64,000 bases of DNA, taken from the NCBI GenBank assembly GCA_024682415.1, contig JAIKZG010000015.1:3519-67518 (forward strand), given 5' to 3'. Numbering within the stretch: the stretch's first letter is position 1; every line of letters starts with the position of its first letter. The notes beneath the pieces are model-generated. The model was not told where the DNA came from, made no database searches, and saw nothing but the letters and a program-made list of their open reading frames with translations. The stretch is from Prevotella sp. GTDB taxonomy: Bacteria; Bacteroidota; Bacteroidia; Bacteroidales; Bacteroidaceae. Of this stretch, positions 32,185-41,428 are shown piece by piece. Both the position numbers and the translations under genes were made by a program.

Positions 32185-33342
32185 ATGAGGAAAATATTAG
32201 CAGCGCTCTACATTATTATAATAATATGTATGGCAGCGGCAACGGTTATTGAGAAATATGAAGGCACGGATTTCGTGCAGGCCAATGTTTATGGCTCGTG
32301 GTGGTTCATATTGCTTTGGGCGGCACTGGCTGTGCTTTCTGTGGCTTTTATGATTAAGCGTCGTGTGAAAAACGCGCTGCTGATATTGCTTCATCTTTCA
32401 TTCGTTATCATCTTGCTTGGTGCATTCATTACTCATGTCACGTCGTGGCAGGGAATGGTGCACCTCAGCATGAACACTACTTCTGAAACTTTCTTTATGA
32501 AGAATGCCGAGGGCAAAGTGGTGGAGAAAACATTGCCTTTCAAGCTCACGCTCGTAAACTGCCGCACCATATATTATCCTGATACCGACATTCCCAAAGA
32601 CTGGGAAACGGAATTTATGGTGAATTATGAAACTAACGGCAAGGTTTCGATGAACAACATTTATGAATATGATGGCGTGAGATTCTATCAGAGCGATATC
32701 GACGAAGGCGACCGTGGCAGCGTGCTTGCTCTCAATTACGACCCTTATGGTATTCCTGTCACCTATTGTGGATATATCATGCTCTTCGCTTCATTGCTTA
32801 TAATGCTTTACGCAAATCGTGGCACCGCGCTTCGCTTCAATGTCGTGGCAGGACTGCTTACTGCCATGCTTTGCCTTTATTTTGACATATCTCATGCTTT
32901 GCAGACCGATTCCGACGGATATATCATTCCTGTGCTCAATTCTCCATTGTTTTGTGTTCATGTGGGCATAATCATGATGGCTTATTCCCTTTTGTTGTTA
33001 GCCTGTGTAAGCAGCGTGGCGGCTCTTGTAAGTGGCAGGCAAGGTTTCGCTCGTTTCAGTCGTCTGTGCCTTGCCCCTTCAATAGCAGCTTTGTGCTTCG
33101 GCATATTCATCGGAGCTATATGGGCGAATGTTTCGTGGGGCACTTATTGGAGCTGGGACGCAAAGGAAGTGTGGGCCTTAATCACTCTCATGGTCTATGC
33201 GCCGGCGCTTCATGTGGTTTCGGTGAGGAAGATGGGCAACGAGAAGTTTTTCAATCTGTATGTAGCATTGTCGTTTCTCACTATTCTAATGACCTATTTC
33301 GGCTGCAATTATTTCCTTATTGGAATGCACTCTTATGTGTGA
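32185..33342 (+). CDS. ccsA: Cytochrome c biogenesis protein CcsA/ResC with short ResB-like N-terminus (System II)
   Basis: GAIWANVSWGTYWSWDAKEVWALI (WWD domain); C-terminal GMHSY; N-terminal LHLSFVIILLGA. Confidence 0.88.
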   Translation: MRKILAALYIIIIICMAAATVIEKYEGTDFVQANVYGSWWFILLWAALAVLSVAFMIKRRVKNALLILLHLSFVIILLGAFITHVTSWQGMVHLSMNTTSETFFMKNAEGKVVEKTLPFKLTLVNCRTIYYPDTDIPKDWETEFMVNYETNGKVSMNNIYEYDGVRFYQSDIDEGDRGSVLALNYDPYGIPVTYCGYIMLFASLLIMLYANRGTALRFNVVAGLLTAMLCLYFDISHALQTDSDGYIIPVLNSPLFCVHVGIIMMAYSLLLLACVSSVAALVSGRQGFARFSRLCLAPSIAALCFGIFIGAIWANVSWGTYWSWDAKEVWALITLMVYAPALHVVSVRKMGNEKFFNLYVALSFLTILMTYFGCNYFLIGMHSYV

Positions 33343-33461
33343 TTCTTTTCCTCTTTTCGCCCATTGAGGCTTTCCATTTATGTAATTGCGGTTTTGCTTT
33401 ATCGTGAAAGTTTTCGTATTTTTGCATACCGAAAATAATAGTACGAAAACAAAACATAATC

Positions 33462-33929
33462 ATGGAATATATATCACAGGAAGGATATGACAAGATGGTG
33501 GAAGAGCTTCATCATCTTCTCAGCGTAGAGCGTCCGCGCATTGCCGACGCTATTTCAGAGGCGAGAGATAAGGGCGATCTGAGTGAGAATTTTGAGTATC
33601 ACGCTGCCAAGCGTGAGCAAGGAAAGCTGGAGGGCAAAATAGACCGCCTGAAACTACAGCTTGCCAACGCGCGCATTATTGAGGCTTCACAGCTCAACAC
33701 CGATGCCGTGCAGCTCCTCTCAAAGGTGGAACTCACCGATTTGACTCACGACCGCAAGATGACTTACACCATTGTAAGCCAGAGCGAAGCCGACTTCAAG
33801 CAGAACAAGATTTCTATAAAAACTCCTATCGCCAAGGGATTGCTGAAAAAGAAAGTGGGCGATGTGGCAGAGATAAAAGTGCCAGCCGGAGTGTTACGTC
33901 TGCGAATAGATAAAATTACGATAGGATAA
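33462..33929 (+). CDS. greA: Transcription elongation factor GreA
   Basis: ARDKGDLSENFEYHAAK, ISIKTPIAKGLL. Confidence 0.96.
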   Translation: MEYISQEGYDKMVEELHHLLSVERPRIADAISEARDKGDLSENFEYHAAKREQGKLEGKIDRLKLQLANARIIEASQLNTDAVQLLSKVELTDLTHDRKMTYTIVSQSEADFKQNKISIKTPIAKGLLKKKVGDVAEIKVPAGVLRLRIDKITIG

Positions 33930-34544
33930 ATGAAGAAGAAAGATTTCAAGGCGGCTTTGTTTGATTTGGATGGCGTGGTGTTCAACACCGAGCCACAGTA
34001 TTCTGTCTTTTGGGGCGGAATAATGAGGCGTTATTTTCCCGAACGTCCTAATCTGGCGGAGCAGATAAAAGGCTCTACTCTTGTTCAGATATATGATAAA
34101 TATTTTGCCGGTCAGCCCGACGTTCAGAAGCAGATAACCGCAGAGCTTGATGATTTCGAGCTTAATATGCAGTTTGATTATATTGACGGCTTTCTTAATT
34201 TCGTAAATGATTTGAGAAAGCGTGGCATAAAGACTGCCGTAGTAACGAGCAGCAACAAAGTGAAAATGCAGGTGGTTTACGATCGTCGCCCAGAGTTTAC
34301 AGGTCTTTTCGATGCTATTCTCACAAGCGAGGATTTCAGCGAGAGCAAGCCTTCGCCCGACTGCTATCTTCGTGCAGCCAAGCGTTTGGGTATGCAGATT
34401 GGCGACTGCGTGGTTTTCGAGGATAGCTTTAATGGTTTGCGCAGCGGTCGTGCTGCCGATATGTATGTTGTGGGGCTTGCCACAACCAATTCTGCCGATG
34501 CCATCGCCCCTTATTGCGATGAAGTGATAGAGAATTATTTATAG
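33930..34544 (+). CDS. HAD family hydrolase (IA, beta-PGM/CbbY-like)
   Basis: FDLDGV, VVTSS, KPSPD, VFEDS. Confidence 0.9.
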   Translation: MKKKDFKAALFDLDGVVFNTEPQYSVFWGGIMRRYFPERPNLAEQIKGSTLVQIYDKYFAGQPDVQKQITAELDDFELNMQFDYIDGFLNFVNDLRKRGIKTAVVTSSNKVKMQVVYDRRPEFTGLFDAILTSEDFSESKPSPDCYLRAAKRLGMQIGDCVVFEDSFNGLRSGRAADMYVVGLATTNSADAIAPYCDEVIENYL

Positions 34545-34548
34545 TGAT

Positions 34549-37500
34549 ATGATGGACGCATACACGCCTGAAACAATCGATGATTTTTATAACGAGCTGT
34601 TGATAGCCATGCGCAAAGCGCCTGATTATGAGGCGGTTTATCGCAGCATGAGCTTCACTTATCATAAGTTTATCGACCTTAACACTAAGTTTGAGACGAT
34701 AAATTTCGCCGGTGCTTTCGCCAAAACCGATTTCCTTTTGAAGAAAAGTGGCGCAAGGCAGCTGTTGCAGCGCGAGGTAAATGGCGCGCGAGTGAGAATG
34801 AGGGCATGGGGCAACGGCGATGCCACAAAAGAGCAGCTGAGTGATAACTACGCATACGATTTCAAGGCGTTGTGCTCATTCTTCTCGTTGGTTTCGGGCA
34901 AGGATGTTCCTGACGATTTACGTAAGCTCTATCCTCAGCCCCGTGCCGTTGAGGCAGTGGAAATGCCTATCAGCGACTGTATGCGTCTTATCGTGAGCCG
35001 TTGGGACGATGATTTTGTGTATGGGCATATTGATAATCCCGATGCTGCTGAAACTAAGGTTTGCTATAACTATAAAAACAAGCTTTATCCATACGACTGG
35101 ACTTATCTGCGCTCTTATTTCTATGATGGCGCGCAGCTCAATCTCATTCGTCCGCGACAGGAGGAAGGAGTGCTTTTCCCCGAACTCATAATCTTTGAGC
35201 CTGACTATCTTGTAGACATATCGTCTATCGCGGCGTGCTTTGAGGAATATGGAGAAAGCCCAATGGTGTATCTGCTCAATCAGCTGAAGCCGTCGGCAAG
35301 TTCCATTCCCATTCTGCTTGGTAATCTTGCCGGTCAGCTCCTTGATGAAGAGATAAGTCTCGACTCCACAAAACAGGCTTATCGCGACAGCGTGCAGAAA
35401 TTCTTTAATTCCAATGCTATTTCCATGCTCAATCTGCTTGGCACTCCTCACGACAGCGCAGAATTTCATAGCATGGCGTTGGCTCAGAAGAAAAACATTC
35501 ATCGTGCCTTTGCCGAGTTGCAGCAAAAAGGTAATGGAGCGTTTAAGCGCGACGACGTTGTGCTTGAGCCGTCATTCTATTGTCAGATGCTTGGTTTGCA
35601 GGGACGTATGGACTTGTTGCAGCTCGACTATAAATTTCTTGTGGAGCAAAAGTCGGGCAAGTGTGCGTGGCCCGAACCGCAGCGTGCCGGTGAAGCCCCC
35701 ATGCCGCAGACGAAACATTATGTGCAGCTGCTGCTTTACGGATTGATTATCCGTTATAATTTCCACGACCAGTATAAGCGCAATCAGCATAGTCTTGACA
35801 CGTTTCTGCTTTATTCACGATATGTAGAGGCTCTGTGTGGCGTAGGCTCTTCTCCCGAACTCGTTTTCAGGGCGTTGCGTCTGCGTAATGCTATCGCCTT
35901 GCGCGACATCATGTACACTAAGGAGGGGTTCTCATTCCTTGATAAAGTGTCGGCAGACAGCCTTAATATTAATCATGTGAATGGCAAGCTGTGGCAGATG
36001 TATCAAAAGCCGCAGATTGAAGATATTCTTTCTCCTCTCCACAATGCCTCACCGCTTGAGAAAGCCTATTATTATCGTTTCCAGAAGTTTCTTGCCACTG
36101 AGCACCGCCTGTCGAAGATAGGTAATAAGAATAAGGAGGGCTCTGGCTTCGCTGCCATGTGGCTCAACACTCTCGATGAGAAGTTGCAGGCAGGCAACAT
36201 TTATCACAATATGACTCTCGCTGAGCCTTCAGCCAATCATGAGGGTTGCGTCAAGACCGTAGTGTTGCGGTTTAGCGAGCAGCGCAGCAACGATATGTCT
36301 AATTTCCGTAAGGGCGACATCGTGGTGCTCTATTCTTATCGTGCCGTTCCCGATGCTTGCAAGACTATGGTTATTCGTTGCTCTATTGCCGACATAGCTA
36401 CCGACAGCATCACGTTGCAGCTCCGCGCCGTGCAGAGCGACAGCCGAGTGTTCCGCTATTTTGATGGCTATAAATGGGCTATCGAGCATGATTTCATGGA
36501 GTCGTCGTTCACAACTCTTTATCGTGGCATGCACTCATTTCTTTCTGCCCCTAAGGAGCGTCGCGATTTGATTCTTTTGCAGCGTCGCCCCGAGGTGGAC
36601 AGTTCTGTAAGCCTTAATGGTGATTATGGCTCGTTTAATGAAATGGCGCTTCGTGTGAAGCAGGCTAAGGATTTGTTTCTTATTATCGGGCCTCCTGGCA
36701 CAGGCAAGACTTCATTCGGCATGCTCAACACGCTGAAAGAACAGCTTACCGAGGAGCACACTTCCATTTTGCTCCTTTCATATACAAATCGTGCTGTAGA
36801 CGAGATGTGCGGCAAGCTGATAGAGGAGGGCATTGACTTCATCCGCATCGGTCGCCGTATTTCATCATCTGAGGAATCAGTGCCTTATCTGCTTGAGTCA
36901 AAGGTGGCGGAATGTGGCAATATCAATGAGGTGCGCCATCTGATAGATTCCACACGCGTTTTTGCAGCTACCACCACTACCATGCTTTCAAATATGCCTG
37001 TCTTTGAGCGTAAGACATTTGATTTAGCCATCGTTGATGAAGCTTCGCAGATTCTTGAGCCACATCTTATGGGTCTTCTTTCTGCTACAAACGACAGTGG
37101 CGCAGCTATACGCAAATTTGTGTTCATTGGCGATCATAAGCAGCTCCCTGCTGTGGTGCAGCAGACGGAAGCGGAGTCGGCGGTGAGCGATGCGCAGCTT
37201 AGGGGCATAGGGCTTATCGACTGTCGATTGTCTCTCTTCGAGCGTCTGCTATCACGCTATCGTGATGATGCAGAGGTGGTGTATATGCTTACTCGTCAGG
37301 GACGTATGCACCACGATATTGCCGAATTCCCTAACCAGATGTTTTATGGTAGAAAACTCGATGTAGTGCCATTGGCGCATCAGCTTTCGCCGCTTCCTGA
37401 TGTTAATACAGATGGGCTTGACGAGTTGGAGAAAATGATTTATTCACGCCGTGTATCGTTCATAGATGTGGCTTTGCCGAGCGATGAAGAATATGTTTCC

Positions 37501-37932
37501 GACAAGGTAAACCAGCCCGAAGCCGACATTATAGCGCAGATAGTGTATGATGTGTATAAGAAAGTAGGGGCAGAGAATTTCGATCCTGTGAAGACTATTG
37601 GCGTTATCGTGCCTTATCGCAATCAGATAGCCACCATACGCAACACTATCGACGCGCGTTATGGCATTTCAGAGTTGCGCGACATCACTATTGATACCGT
37701 GGAGCGTTACCAGGGCAGCCAGCGTGATTACATCGTATATGGCTTCACCGTGCAGAAATACTATCAGCTGGAATTCCTCACCAACAACACATTCATTGAG
37801 GACGGCAAGATTATCGACCGCAAGCTGAATGTGGCGATGACGCGCGCGCGTGAGCACCTTTTCCTTATAGGTAATGCCCGCTTGCTGCGTCGCAACTATC
37901 TGTTCAGCGAAATGATAGATAAGCTTGGGTGA
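34549..37932 (+). CDS. Dna2/Nam7-like nuclease-helicase (PD-(D/E)XK nuclease + SF1B helicase)
   Basis: LEPSF..GLQGRMDLL..VEQKSGK..HYVQLLLY nuclease motifs; GPPGTGKT, DEASQ, GDHKQLP, QGRMH, TVERYQG, LNVAMTRAR helicase motifs. Confidence 0.87.
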   Translation: MMDAYTPETIDDFYNELLIAMRKAPDYEAVYRSMSFTYHKFIDLNTKFETINFAGAFAKTDFLLKKSGARQLLQREVNGARVRMRAWGNGDATKEQLSDNYAYDFKALCSFFSLVSGKDVPDDLRKLYPQPRAVEAVEMPISDCMRLIVSRWDDDFVYGHIDNPDAAETKVCYNYKNKLYPYDWTYLRSYFYDGAQLNLIRPRQEEGVLFPELIIFEPDYLVDISSIAACFEEYGESPMVYLLNQLKPSASSIPILLGNLAGQLLDEEISLDSTKQAYRDSVQKFFNSNAISMLNLLGTPHDSAEFHSMALAQKKNIHRAFAELQQKGNGAFKRDDVVLEPSFYCQMLGLQGRMDLLQLDYKFLVEQKSGKCAWPEPQRAGEAPMPQTKHYVQLLLYGLIIRYNFHDQYKRNQHSLDTFLLYSRYVEALCGVGSSPELVFRALRLRNAIALRDIMYTKEGFSFLDKVSADSLNINHVNGKLWQMYQKPQIEDILSPLHNASPLEKAYYYRFQKFLATEHRLSKIGNKNKEGSGFAAMWLNTLDEKLQAGNIYHNMTLAEPSANHEGCVKTVVLRFSEQRSNDMSNFRKGDIVVLYSYRAVPDACKTMVIRCSIADIATDSITLQLRAVQSDSRVFRYFDGYKWAIEHDFMESSFTTLYRGMHSFLSAPKERRDLILLQRRPEVDSSVSLNGDYGSFNEMALRVKQAKDLFLIIGPPGTGKTSFGMLNTLKEQLTEEHTSILLLSYTNRAVDEMCGKLIEEGIDFIRIGRRISSSEESVPYLLESKVAECGNINEVRHLIDSTRVFAATTTTMLSNMPVFERKTFDLAIVDEASQILEPHLMGLLSATNDSGAAIRKFVFIGDHKQLPAVVQQTEAESAVSDAQLRGIGLIDCRLSLFERLLSRYRDDAEVVYMLTRQGRMHHDIAEFPNQMFYGRKLDVVPLAHQLSPLPDVNTDGLDELEKMIYSRRVSFIDVALPSDEEYVSDKVNQPEADIIAQIVYDVYKKVGAENFDPVKTIGVIVPYRNQIATIRNTIDARYGISELRDITIDTVERYQGSQRDYIVYGFTVQKYYQLEFLTNNTFIEDGKIIDRKLNVAMTRAREHLFLIGNARLLRRNYLFSEMIDKLG

Positions 37933-37969
37933 TTACAGAGTAGAAATTAAGCGTTTAGCGATATAAATT

Positions 37970-38004
37970 AAAAAGGCTTCCACGAAATGGTGTGGAAGCC
38001 TTTT
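37970..38004. terminator. Bidirectional terminator
   Basis: AAAAGGCTTCCAC-gaaatggt-GTGGAAGCCTTTT between the helicase gene and the convergent tRNA. Confidence 0.8.
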
Positions 38005-38012
38005 CCTTTTTG

Positions 38013-38101
38013 CGGAAGATGAGGGATTCAAACCCCCGATACCCCGAAAGGGGTATACCGGATTTCGAGTCCAGCGCATTCGGTCACTCTGCCAATCTTC
38101 C
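38013..38101 (-). tRNA. tRNA-Ser (CGA)
   Basis: GGAAGAT...ATCTTCC acceptor stem plus G discriminator, anticodon loop CT-CGA-AA, long variable arm, no encoded CCA; promoter TACTTTTG at 38165-38158. Confidence 0.95.
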
Positions 38102-38282
38102 TTATTATATGTATATATTAATAATGTATATCAGGCCTCGTGCCTGATGATCGAATGCAAAAGTAATACTTTATTTTGTAATAAACAAAGAATTTCGCGT
38201 TTTATATTCCCCATTTTCTGCATTTCTTGCAGGCTGTTTTAATGGCATAATGGGGCTATAGAAAGTTGTTTTTATTTATTAA

Positions 38283-38294
38283 ATCGTGCACGAT
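38283..38294. promoter_or_regulatory. Putative MarR/OhrR operator
   Basis: Palindrome ATCGTGCACGAT in AT-rich flanks upstream of the gpx-MarR operon. Confidence 0.5.
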
Positions 38295-38410
38295 ATATCA
38301 TAACGTAAGTTAAATAACTAATTGAGTCGCTTGCGATATTATTTATTCTTCATATATTTGCATCGCAAACGACATAAACGAATACATAAATTAAATAATA
38401 TAAGGTAAAA

Positions 38411-38956
38411 ATGGAAAGTATTTATGATTTCAAGGCTCTCACGAGCAAAGGTAAGGAGTTGGATTTCTCACAGTTTAAGGGTAAAGTGCTGCTTATCGTG
38501 AACACGGCAAGCAAATGCGGATTCACTCCACAGTTCGCCGGATTGGAGGAGCTGAACCAAAAATATAAGGAACGCGGACTTGTAGTCATCGGCTTCCCTT
38601 GCAATCAGTTTATGAGCCAAGACCCCGGCAGCGATGGCGAGATTCATGAGTTCTGCCAGCTCAATTATGGCGTAACATTCCAGATAATGAAGAAAGGAGA
38701 TGTAAACGGAGCTGATGAAAATCCTGTGTTCACTTATCTTAAAGCCCAAGCTCCTAATGAGGAGTATCGCGGACTGAAGGCTAAGGCTTCCAAGCTGCTT
38801 TTCAAGACCATAAGCAAGTCGGTGGAGAAGGATAGCGACATCAAGTGGAACTTCACCAAGTTTCTTATCTCTAAGGATGGAAGTCAGATAAAGCGTTATG
38901 CCCCTACTACCGAGCCTGCCAATATGGAGGCTGATATAGAGGCAATGCTTGGATAA
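38411..38956 (+). CDS. Glutathione peroxidase family protein (Cys type)
   Basis: VNTASKCGFTPQ, GFPCNQF, IKWNFTKFL. Confidence 0.95.
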   Translation: MESIYDFKALTSKGKELDFSQFKGKVLLIVNTASKCGFTPQFAGLEELNQKYKERGLVVIGFPCNQFMSQDPGSDGEIHEFCQLNYGVTFQIMKKGDVNGADENPVFTYLKAQAPNEEYRGLKAKASKLLFKTISKSVEKDSDIKWNFTKFLISKDGSQIKRYAPTTEPANMEADIEAMLG

Positions 38957-38976
38957 AGCGTTAATGTAATAAGATT

Positions 38977-39426
38977 ATGGCATATAAGCAATTAAAGTTG
39001 GAGAATCAGGTGTGCTTCCGTCTTTACACGGTGTCGCGACTGATCACGCAGAGCTATCAGCCATGGCTTTCTAAGCTCGGCATCACCTACACGCAGTATC
39101 TCGTGCTAATGGTGTTGTGGGAGAAAGACTGCCAGCCAGTGAACGACATCGCCCATAGACTTCTGCTTGAAACTAACACGGTGACACCCCTCATCAAGCG
39201 TATGGAGCAGATGAAAATCGTGGCACGCACCAAGGGTAAGGAGGACGCACGCCAGACCATTGTTTCGCTCACCGAGCATGGCAAAGCGTTGGAAGAGGAG
39301 GCATCTACAATTCCCGGTTGCATGACCGATATGCTGAAAGCGGCGGGTCTGCCCTCGGCTACATTCGAGAAGATGGTTCCCCTGCTTGATGAAGTAATCA
39401 GCAAGATGCAACAACCCAAACAATAG
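38977..39426 (+). CDS. ohrR: MarR family regulator (OhrR-like)
   Basis: LENQVCFRLY with the sensing Cys, ITYTQYLVLMVLWE, TVTPLIKRME. Confidence 0.85.
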   Translation: MAYKQLKLENQVCFRLYTVSRLITQSYQPWLSKLGITYTQYLVLMVLWEKDCQPVNDIAHRLLLETNTVTPLIKRMEQMKIVARTKGKEDARQTIVSLTEHGKALEEEASTIPGCMTDMLKAAGLPSATFEKMVPLLDEVISKMQQPKQ

Positions 39427-39454
39427 TTTTATTTACAATTTAAATTTTACAATC

Positions 39455-39928
39455 ATGACAAAAGAAGAAGCATTGAAGCAGTTTGCCGAATTGGCAGCAG
39501 CATGGTATGGTAACTCTAAGCAGCACGCAGCGTTTGCAGCTTACAATCGTTACAATGGTTACACTAAGCTCGCCGAGAAATTCCAGGAGGAGAGCGACGA
39601 AGAGTGGAAAGAGGCTATGGAGGTTACTCAGCGTCTGGTAGAGTTAGGTTGCAAGCCTGCCGACCTCTTTGAGGTGCAGAAGACTCAGGAATATGCCCTG
39701 AGCGACGACCCTAAGGAGCAGCTTGAGCTTGACCTGAAATATGGCACCGACGAGAACACCATCAAGGCTATGTCGGAGATGGCGACAGCCTTTGCCGACG
39801 ATTATGTTACTCAGCAGCTTATCCAGAAATGGATTGTAGGCGAGAAGGAGCATATCGACTGGAATCGTCAGCACCGCCAGTATATTGAGAAGCTCGGCTA
39901 CGAGAACTATCTTATTTGGATTATGTAA
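39455..39928 (+). CDS. Ferritin-like (bacterioferritin-fold) protein
   Basis: GYTKLAEKFQEESDEE, RLVELG, DDYVTQQL, EKEHIDW...IEKLGYENYL. Confidence 0.75.
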   Translation: MTKEEALKQFAELAAAWYGNSKQHAAFAAYNRYNGYTKLAEKFQEESDEEWKEAMEVTQRLVELGCKPADLFEVQKTQEYALSDDPKEQLELDLKYGTDENTIKAMSEMATAFADDYVTQQLIQKWIVGEKEHIDWNRQHRQYIEKLGYENYLIWIM

Positions 39929-39954
39929 TCATAACATAATATATATATGTGAGT

Positions 39955-39994
39955 AGGGGGGATACGTCATCATCTTGATGTATCCTCCTTTTTT
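39955..39994 (+). terminator. Intrinsic terminator
   Basis: AGGGGGGATACGTCA...TGATGTATCCTCCT followed by a T-run. Confidence 0.7.
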
Positions 39995-40109
39995 GTTTTG
40001 CTTATGCGCATTTCATCATTGATCTGCCGTGAGCGCAATTTGGTGTTCACATTTTAAGATGTATAGTATTTCTTCATGGAAATAGCTATGGGAATTTTAT
40101 TTTGTTACA

Positions 40110-40800
40110 ATTTCCTCGCGGAAAAGTCGATATCCCAAACTTGACATAGTGATTTCCTCGCGGAAATATCAATATCCCAAACTTGACATTACGATTTCCT
40201 CGCAGAAAAGTCGATATCTCAAATTGGACATAGTGATTTCCTCGCGGAAATATCAATATCTCAAATTGGACATAGTGATTTCCTTGCGGAAATATCAATA
40301 TCTCAAACATGACATAGCAATTTCCTCGCGGAAAAGTCGATATCCAAAACTTGACATGGCAATTTCCTTGCGGAAATATCGATATCCCAAACTTGACATT
40401 GTGATTTCCTCGCGGAAATATCAATATCTCAAATTGGACATAGTGATTTCCTTGCGGAAATATCAATATCTCAAACATGACATGGCAATTTCCTTGCGGA
40501 AAAGTCGATATCCAAAACAGACCATAACGATTTCCTCGCAGAAATATCGATATCCAAAACTGGACATAGCAATTTCCTCGTGGAAAAGTTAAATATCCAA
40601 AACTGACCATAACGATTTCCTCGCAGAAATATCGATATCCAAAACTGGACATAGCGATTTCCTCGCAGAAATATCGATATCCAAAACAGACCATAGCAAT
40701 TTCCTTGCGGAAATATCATTATCCCAAACTTGTCATAGTAATTTCCACTGGAAAAAGTCACAAAAATAATATTGATATTTCCACGCAGAAATCGCTATAG
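40110..40800. repeat. Tandem array B: 42-bp unit, 15 full copies plus 2 degenerate
   Basis: Consensus ATTTCCTCGCGGAAATATCGATATCCAAAACTTGACATAGTG; units at 40110, 40152 ... 40572 (43 bp), 40615, 40657, 40699; internal hairpin ATTTCC-N4-GGAAAT. Confidence 0.97.
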
Positions 40801-40990
40801 GTCAAAATTTCTATTGTAATTACAATATTGCAAATAGTTCTCGTATTTTGAACCTATTTTAGTCTCCACGATGATAAAAATCACAAGAACTTATTCCTGT
40901 TAACAATATTTAGCTTATAGAGAGGTTTGATTTGTTTAGATTTACTTACATTTGCATGGTTTTACCATGAACTTATAAAAAGACCATTAA

Positions 40991-41347
40991 ATGATTAAGA
41001 TTACGAGAGAATCTAGTAAACGATATAGCACATATTGTGCTACAAATATATCATGTAAAGTAAATGTGAATGAAAGCAAATTTCAAAAGATTTTCTTTCG
41101 ATTGTTATTTGTTTTTCTATGTTTTTTTATGACCATTGATACTAAGATGTTCATATACTCGTCATTATCAAAATCATTATTACCATCTATTTGTATTACG
41201 ATTTTCTTTATTTCAATCCTAATAAAAACACTCAAATCATCCAATATACGCTTATCCACACTTACAATATTATGCTTAATATGGTCATTATACATCTTTT
41301 TACATAGCTGTTATAAGCCACATGATACCTATCGCATACACTGGTAA
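40991..41347 (+). pseudogene. AT-rich membrane-protein fragment (possibly the 5' end of a larger polytopic protein)
   Basis: Three hydrophobic segments then an abrupt stop; promoter-like TACATTTG upstream; inside the repeat-bracketed insert. Confidence 0.35.
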
Positions 41348-41428
41348 GGACATGTATTGGAGCGATAATAAAACATGTAATCTATATGCCGTAAAAGGTT
41401 ATAGCGAACCTCTAAAAAATAAAAAGAA

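Noticed and set aside
37970-38410. tRNA-Ser as an integration site for an island
   Set aside because: No integrase and no duplicated tRNA 3' end were found in the window.
40086-40761. ORFs of 202, 147 and 96 aa with 14-aa repeats
   Set aside because: By-products of a 42-bp (multiple of 3) DNA repeat that is open on both strands; one 43-bp unit breaks the frame, and conservation follows the DNA hairpin rather than codons.
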